Shown: positions 54,622-64,000 of the stretch, piece by piece
Position numbering within the stretch: the stretch's first letter is position 1
Layout: each line of letters starts with the position of its first letter
Assembly (NCBI GenBank): GCA_964016885.1
Contig: OZ024743.1
Location: forward strand, 341,558,001 to 341,622,000
Direction of reading: 5' to 3'
DNA: 64,000 bases
Origin: Eledone cirrhosa
Lineage: Eukaryota
Notes under the pieces: model-generated
The model's database searches: none
Told to the model about the DNA's origin: nothing
Seen by the model: only the letters and a program-made list of their open reading frames with translations
Program-made: the position numbers and the translations under genes

Positions 54622-54810
54622 TATATATAATATTGTTTAACTCTTTAATATATATATATATATATATATTAAAGAGTTAAACAATATTCAATGAATACAT
54701 CAAAGAATGGGCTTTAAAGTAGATTGGAAGCACTCTACAGCCAAGTATTTTCCAGAGTTATTAATATTATAATACAAATATTAATAAAATAGATGTTCTT
54801 TTGATCAATT

Positions 54811-54867
54811 ACATTTTATTATACATATTTGAGAGGTACAACAGTAGGTCCTCATCAGACAAAATAT
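54811..54867 (-). ncRNA. Hammerhead with damaged core (GAAA changed to CAAA)
   Basis: atattttgt CTGATGA ggacctactgttgtacctct CAAA tatgtaTA ataaaatgt. Confidence 0.5.
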
Positions 54868-54960
54868 AATGATACATGAGATACCCTGAGATGTTAAATG
54901 GTTAAGATAACTTGATTAAATCTTAACCATTTAACATCTCAGGGTATGTCATGTATCATT

Positions 54961-55017
54961 ATATATTGTCTGATGAGGATGTACTGTTGTACCTCTGAAA
55001 TATGTATAATAAAATGT
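54961..55017 (+). ncRNA. Type I hammerhead with a shortened stem II
   Basis: atatattgt-CTGATGA-gga t gtac tgtt gtac c tct-GAAA-t-atgt-a-TA-ataaaatgt. Confidence 0.72.
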
Positions 55018-55055
55018 AATTGATCAAAAGAACATCTATGTTACTAATATTTGTA

Positions 55056-55117
<62 letters not shown>

Positions 55118-55624
55118 TATATACATATATATATATATATATGTATATATATATTGTTATATATATATATATATATTGTTATACTTGGGGAGGGTCATAT
55201 TTTTATAATGATGTGGCTAGAATTAATAACAGAACACACTCACTGTTTGGTTGGTTTTCGCTTCTGTATCTTTTATATCAGTTAATTCATTCGGTCCTCA
55301 ATGTTTACCATTGACTGACCAACGGTCAAAGGTACAGATATAATATAGATATAAACACATATATATAGTTTAACAAAATTCTTTAGTTGCTAATCTGCAA
55401 CATCGTCAGTGGTGCTATTATATTCCTCCTGTTGTATTGTATATTTACGCCACCTTTATTTAATCTGTTTATTTATTTATTTATTTTGTCTTCTTCTCTG
55501 CGCATGCGTTTGCGTGTGTGTATAGTGTTTGGTGTGTGTTCGCGTTTGGGTGACTGCGTTTTGGTTATTGTATTCTATCTTAGTTTAATAATGTGTGCTT
55601 ATATGTGTTTGTTGTTATTGTGCT

Positions 55625-55664
<40 letters not shown>

Positions 55665-55666
<2 letters not shown>

Positions 55667-55778
55667 GGAACCAGTAAGACCCCGACAGCTGAGCTCAAGC
55701 CGTTTCGACGGCTAATTCAGTCCAGAATTAGCCGTCGAAACGGCTTGAGCTCACCTGTCGGGGACTTACTGGTTCCTA
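55665..55778. repeat. Palindrome with 54-bp arms (2 mismatches) and a 6-nt spacer, next to (TA)n
   Basis: taggaaccagtaag...cggctaattc agtcca gaattagccg...cttactggttccta. Confidence 0.9.
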
Positions 55779-55869
55779 TTACCCACTCTACTACCTCAAG
55801 TATTGAGTACTTTGGTGCGTTATGGTCCACCTGGTTCCTTACCACATTTCCTTCGTTATATATATATAT

Positions 55870-57325
55870 ATATATTTATTAATTTATTTATTTATATTCA
55901 TTTAAGTCAGTATTGTTTGTTTGGGTGTTGTTATTCCATTCATTTTTTCTGTTTAGCTTTGGCCTTGTAAGTTCTATTTCACTTGCCTCTCTAATTTGCC
56001 TATCTGCTGGGTTATTTCTATCTTTAGATATTATTTTAATGTCTATGTTGTCTATGTTACCGTCATGTTGTTGTCTGGCGTGTTCGTATAGTACTGAACC
56101 GTTTTTTTGGGTCCTTTTAGTTGCCCACTGTGTTGGTCTATTTTTTCTCCTATGCTTCGAGCTGTCTCAACTATGTATGTCGTTGTCATGTTTCTGCAAG
56201 TACCCTCTGTACATCTCATGCTATAGACTACGTTACTAGTTTTACAGTTTATCCGGGGGTTTACTTTACATATAACACATTTCCTATTAGTACAGTGGGT
56301 TTTCTTAAATGGAAATGTTTTGCTCATCAGGGATTTTATGGTAGTTCCTGGCTTATCTACCACCTTAATCTTAAAATGGTTGTTTCTCAGGGCCTTTCTA
56401 CACTGGTTAGCTAATTTCCCTCCAAGGGTAGCATCTACGAACATGACACTCTAGTATCTCTGGTTGTCGAACCATGAGGTGTCTTTCCCTATCTTATGTT
56501 TAGTCCTATCTAAGCTATTCCATGATTTGCTCCTGTATAATGGGGAATTTCCTTTCATGTCCAGTTCTATGAGGGTCTTATACTTCTCCGTGGCTCCTTC
56601 GTATACTCTGATTCAGTCTCTTTGGTTGTCGCCATAGAACTGCATGCGGTTCACGAAGTGTTGGATGTGTCTTTCCATTTCTGTTGGGTCGCACATGCGG
56701 GACACGTTCCTCATCACGCGTACCAAGTCTGCGATCAGAATATTAAACTTAGCACTACTGGACATTGTTGATTCTTTTGAGTATCAGGTATTTGGAGGCC
56801 ATGGGTTTAGTGTAGTGTGAGTGGAGAAATTTGGGCCCTCTCGTCTATAGTGTTAATCCAGAGTTCCGTGACTAATACAGTCTACTGTTAGGGTGTTTGG
56901 AAGGGTAGTCGATAGCTACAGATATACTCTGGTGTATGGAATTTGCCATCTGCTGGATGCTTTCCATTGTGCTACATTCTAAATCATACGTGTTAGTACT
57001 CTCTTGTGGGGTGTCCTTATTACTATATTAATGTCGTCTACGTAACGAGAGTACATGTTGAGGTCTATGGAACTCTCATCAAGGAGATATCTGAGTCTCA
57101 TTTCCCACCATACCATAAAAAGTTTGGCAACGTCACCAGCTATGGTGACACCAACGGCTGCTCCCTCCTTTTGGGTGTAGATCTTCTCATTGAATTTGAA
57201 TATGTTGCGCTTTAGGGTAGTTTTAATACTAGCCCCTATTGCATGCGCTACCATTTTACTTACCTGATCATTGTTTTGGGGGTCCGTATGGCTTTGGTCC
57301 ATCCAATCCACCTTCCCATGGGAGT
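55870..57325 (-). pseudogene. Penelope-like element of a different clade: RT plus GIY-YIG fragment, 5'-truncated
   Basis: FKFNEKIYTQKEGAAVG, YSRYVDD, FVDATLGGKLA..KIKVVDKPG and CKTSNVVYSMRC..YIVETARS. Confidence 0.85.
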
Positions 57326-57360
57326 CTTTTACATATTTATATATATATAGTGAGAGAGAA

Positions 57361-57426
<66 letters not shown>

Positions 57427-57538
57427 TAGAATATTCGAAAATATTCTGTATGTTTATAATAAACATTTTGAAGACCTAATCGCTATAGAATAGAATACGT
57501 CACGTATTACAATTAGATTCTCGATAAAAGCAAGGGAA

Positions 57539-57581
57539 GTAACCTACGCGTTTCATTCTTATTAGAAATCTTCAGGATCAC
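57539..57581 (-). ncRNA. Minimal type I hammerhead ribozyme
   Basis: gtgatc-CTGAAGA-t ttct aata agaa t-GAAA-CGCG-TA-ggttac. Helix I is extended by a perfect 16-bp stem (57517-57532 with 57590-57605). Confidence 0.85.
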
Positions 57582-57848
57582 ATATCCAGTGCTTTTATCG
57601 AGAATGACACAGCTAGAGACTTATAGAATACTTAGCTGTGTACAGGAACTGGTTTGAAAGAGCGGTTGCCGGTCCGGCAGAAATTAGAAATTGGAATAAA
57701 TGCTCTGAAATAGCGATATATATGTGAAGATAGACATAGAATATTCGAAAATATTCTGTATGTTTATAATAAACATTTTGAAGACCTAATCGCTATAGAA
57801 TAGAATACGTCACGTATTACAATTAGATTCTCGATAAAAGCAAGGGAA

Positions 57849-57891
57849 GTAACCTACGCGTTTCATTCTTATTAGAAATCTTCAGGATCAC
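57849..57891 (-). ncRNA. Minimal hammerhead (tandem copy, +310 nt)
   Basis: Identical core and stems to 57539-57581. Confidence 0.85.
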
Positions 57892-58138
57892 ATATCCAGT
57901 GCTTTTATCGATAATGACACAGCTAGAGACTTATAGAATACTTAGCTGTGTACAGGAACTGGTTTGAAAGAGCGAATATTCTATGTCTATCTTCACATAT
58001 ATATCGCTATTTCAGAGCATTTATTCCAATTTCTAATTTCTGCCGGACCGGCAACCGCTCTTTCAAACCAGTTCCTGTACACAGCTAAGTATTCTATAAG
58101 TCTCTAGCTGTGTCATTCTCGATAAAAGCACTGGATAT

Positions 58139-58181
58139 GTGATCCTGAAGATTTCTAATAAGAATGAAACGCGTAGGTTAC
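58139..58181 (+). ncRNA. Minimal hammerhead (inverted copy)
   Basis: gtgatcCTGAAGAtttctaataagaatGAAACGCGTAggttac. Confidence 0.85.
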
Positions 58182-58339
58182 TTCCCTTGCTTTTATCGAG
58201 AATCTAATTGTAATACGTGACGTATTCTATTCTATAGCGATTAGGTCTTCAAAATGTTTATTATAAACATACAGAATATTTTCGAATATTCTATGTCTAT
58301 CTTCACATATATATCGCTATTTCAGAGCATTTATTCCAA

Positions 58340-58451
<112 letters not shown>

Positions 58452-58877
58452 AATATAATATACAAATATTTCCTGATGCATACTATATCTTGTGAATTTT
58501 TTGTTTACAGAGCAATGTAGTAAATCCACGGCTTCGGATTAAAACAGACAGCTATTTGCATATACCCGGATTCCATTATTTCATGTTATCAAAATAGCGT
58601 TCGTTGTGTTACAAAACTCTTTCACAATATGTCTATTGTATAGTAAATTCTTGTTCCATTTATCCTAATCTCGTGATGATCGAGACGGAGAAAGTTGATT
58701 AGCGATTTGGAAAGTTTCAGCTTTGAACAAATTATCTAATTAAAATTTCAGCATTGACAATTTGCCTTTCTGTCTTGTATACAGTTGTGTGTTTAAACAG
58801 ACACACACACAGTCACACTCACACACATAAATATAAGCACACACATAAACACCAACACACACACGCACACACACACA

Positions 58878-59011
<134 letters not shown>

Positions 59012-59162
59012 AACTAATATACATAGTCTTCAATTATTATAGCACAGTGAAATATTCAATCAAGTTATCAGAATTTAATATATAATTTTTATCTACGTTT
59101 ATTACTTGTTTATTCTTCTTTATGAACATATGTTGGATATTACAATATATTCATATAAACAT

Positions 59163-59211
<49 letters not shown>

Positions 59212-59321
59212 CATACACAATATAATATATATATGTATATATATATGTATATATATATATATATATATTATATAATATATATATATATTTATATATACAT
59301 ATATATATATATATACATATA

Positions 59322-59361
<40 letters not shown>

Positions 59362-60030
59362 CTGTGTCTGTGTGTGTGTGTCTGTATGTCTCTGTCCGTC
59401 TGTCTGTGTGTGTGTAACGCAAGAAGATTTATTACAACTCTGTTTTCGTATTTCTTTTATATGTATTTAAATGTTGTTGGTCCTAAGCCTGAAATGGTTT
59501 GTTTTTTTATTATTATTGAAAATGGTTTATTATCTTGTTCGTTCTCCAGTCTATTGCTTGTGTGAGCTGAATACATATACCTATTAATGATTTTAGTTTC
59601 ACTAAACGCACACGACAGAGATGAGTAAATGTAGTCTCTGTAAAACATTATAGTTCTTTATTGGCAGTTGGCTTATATTTTCGTATCTAGAAGAAAATGA
59701 AATGTAATTTTGATATTGATTGTATTCGAACTCAAAACAGCAAAGCACAGTCAATTGATCTAGTTTTACCACTTTGCTCTCCTCTACGTTTTTAAGTAAA
59801 TGTATTTTAAGGACATTTTGAGACACTCCAATCGACTACAAAATTAGGATATACGTTGATTTTGTTTAATTCCATATCACCCTCTTACTGCGGAACTATG
59901 TTGATAAAATAAAGCACCAGTAATACGCTGCAGTAATTGCTTGTCCCAAAAGTAAAAACAATTATTTGCATAACATGCTCTAATATATAATTCTTTAAGA
60001 GAATGCAATTTGAATTGAGGAGGGTTTCAC

Positions 60031-60171
<141 letters not shown>

Positions 60172-61200
60172 CTTTAGCACCCCAGGTAGAGGCAAAATAC
60201 TGTACTCATACTTACTATTCAGTTTATTGATATAGAATGATAAAAATAAAGATTAATCTCATGGTATTAGAACTGGAGAATTTAAAACAACGTCTGTGAT
60301 TTATACTATCTCATATGCTATCACATATAGTAGTGGTAGGTCAGTTATGGAAACACTCTACCTATCAAAGTCACTCTTTGATTTTCATGCTGTTTATAGA
60401 TATTCTACTACAACTATGTATATAGACATGAATTAACGGCATTGTTTTACGTCTCGTTCCTCCTTTTATATGTAAAATCTTGCGCCAAATGGAAAAAATA
60501 CAAATACACATATAAACCGCAACAAATAATTACATTTTATCTATTACGATTGGAATAAGGGAGATAGTACGAATATATTTGATCGATTGAAATTGATGTT
60601 ATGATGGTGATGAATTTTCAATATAGATTTTAATTTAAAACGAAAGAAAACAATGCAATTCAATAGATAATTTGTTTTCGAGAACAAAATGCCAGTGAGA
60701 AGGAGAAAGAGAGGAGCCGTGCTTTAGAGACAACTTTAGTTATTTATTCGTTTATCAAATAATATGTTTCAGGAATTGGACATTGGCTTTTATGAGATTT
60801 AATTCGTTACATCAACCACAATGTGTTGTCTAGTTTCTCTACATATACACACAGAAATGTACACATTTGAATACAATTATACACATGCAAATATATACAC
60901 ATACACATGTATATACACGCACATTAGAGGATAGAGGAATATGCGCACCCATCTATATACAATCACGTATCTATACATATATTTTGGTATACATACACAC
61001 ATACATACAAAAGACTGACACACACAAAAATGAATATACGTACGTACATATATATAGATATAGACATGTTTATCACGGGTTCAATCGGGGGTAAGATACT
61101 TTCTCCGAATGAAACAGTTCTAGTCCTGTAGAAGCCTTTCTATATTAAATATATATATATAAGCCTTTCTATATTAAATATATATATATATATATATATA

Positions 61201-62045
61201 TACTGGATTTTACCATCAGTCCAGGGTCCGGGAAAGTATCAACACATATATTTTTATTGTTTGACCCGAATTACTTGGTCGTTTTGTTTTGGCTGTGCGG
61301 ATGATATGTTTAACCATCATCTCAGTGTGTTTGGCCCTTAACGTATGTTGTAGCTCTGATTCATATGATTCATCGAGCGCTTGCCACACATATCGGACGT
61401 TGATTTTCGTTAATTCCTGAGCTGAAAACGATTCTCGCTAATTTATATTTGTATTAATCTCCAGAATCTAGACATTGAGCAGTTAATTTTATTGATTTTT
61501 TCAGTTACTTATATTGACTGTTGAATAGCTCTGTTATATTTAACCATTCTGTCGAGAGCTTTATTCGATTTGTGATATTTTGCATTCTCGCAATAATACA
61601 CAACTGAATCATTCGCTTAATAGAGGTGTTACCTCCCTTGCTGAATCCCACGAGAGGTCAGTAATAGCCACACTATCTATAGCATCTTGGAGCAAAACCC
61701 GTTGATAACACGACTGCCTTGTTCATCATCTCACCAGAAGCCCAACATTCTTTATGTAGGCGGACAGTACCTGATTTGGAGTCGCAGAAACCAATACTGG
61801 ATTTTACCATCATTCCAGGGTCCGGGAAAGTATCAACACATATATTTTTATTGTTTGACCCGAATTACTTGGTCGTTTTGTTTTGGCTGTGCGGATGATA
61901 TGTTTAACCATCATCTCAGTGTGTTTGGCCCTTAACGTATGTTGTAGCTCTGATTCATATGATTCATCGAGCGCTTGCCACACATATCGGACGTTGATTT
62001 TCGTTAATTCCTGAGCTGAAAACGATTCTCGCTAATTTATATTTA
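61201..62045. repeat. Partial tandem duplication (594-bp period, ~250-bp terminal direct repeat) bounded by (TA)n
   Basis: 61201-61450 is near-identical to 61795-62045. Confidence 0.88.
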
Positions 62046-62363
62046 TATATATATATATATATAAATAAACTATAAATTATGTCCATAGAATCATTTGATA
62101 AGATATATACACCATTTCCTCTCCCAGTTAGCATAATGAACCACACAAGAAACCAATTAAACCAGGCTATAAGATTAAAAGGCACCTCTGAAGAAATAAT
62201 AGATAAATAAACGACACCCATCTATTCGCGATCAACAGCTATAGAATGTTTACCCAGCATTTCAATAGCACGTGGGAATCGATTACATATATCGTCAACC
62301 ATACACAATTAGGTATAAAATTAAAGTTTGAAGAAAAATTGCATATAGACATACCAGGATTAC

Positions 62364-64000
<1,637 letters not shown>

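Larger units (their letters stand above)
54630..55065. mobile_element. Solo fold-back pLTR of the same PLE family as 32130-32662
   Basis: Shares aaagagttaaacaa...agattggaagcactcta...ttttccagagttatt with 32148-32240. Arms are ~54765-54908 and 54920-55063. Embedded in (TA)n. Confidence 0.85.

Overview
AT-rich, microsatellite-saturated eukaryotic DNA. The SINE types and the (TA)n/(CA)n load suggest a cephalopod (Octopus-like) intron or intergenic region; this is inference only. I found no intact host gene, and most listed ORFs are microsatellite translations. The window is almost entirely transposon-derived. It holds a near-full-length RTE LINE (40.0-43.3 kb), two Tx1/L1-like elements in (GATA)n, and R4/Dong-, CR1/L2- and RTE-type fragments. 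It also holds a Helitron with Pif1 helicase remnants, a mariner end, tRNA-derived SINEs, MITEs and at least four Penelope-like elements (PLEs). The main hidden signal, found by reading both strands, is about 18 type-I hammerhead ribozyme motifs from roughly 8 sequence families. They sit in PLE pseudo-LTRs and in ORF-less tandem or fold-back elements, mostly embedded in (TA)n. They include a retrozyme-like 310-nt tandem monomer that could yield a circular RNA, and a hammerhead with a compensatory U3-A8 core in place of C3-G8. All structures were paired by eye and none were computed.
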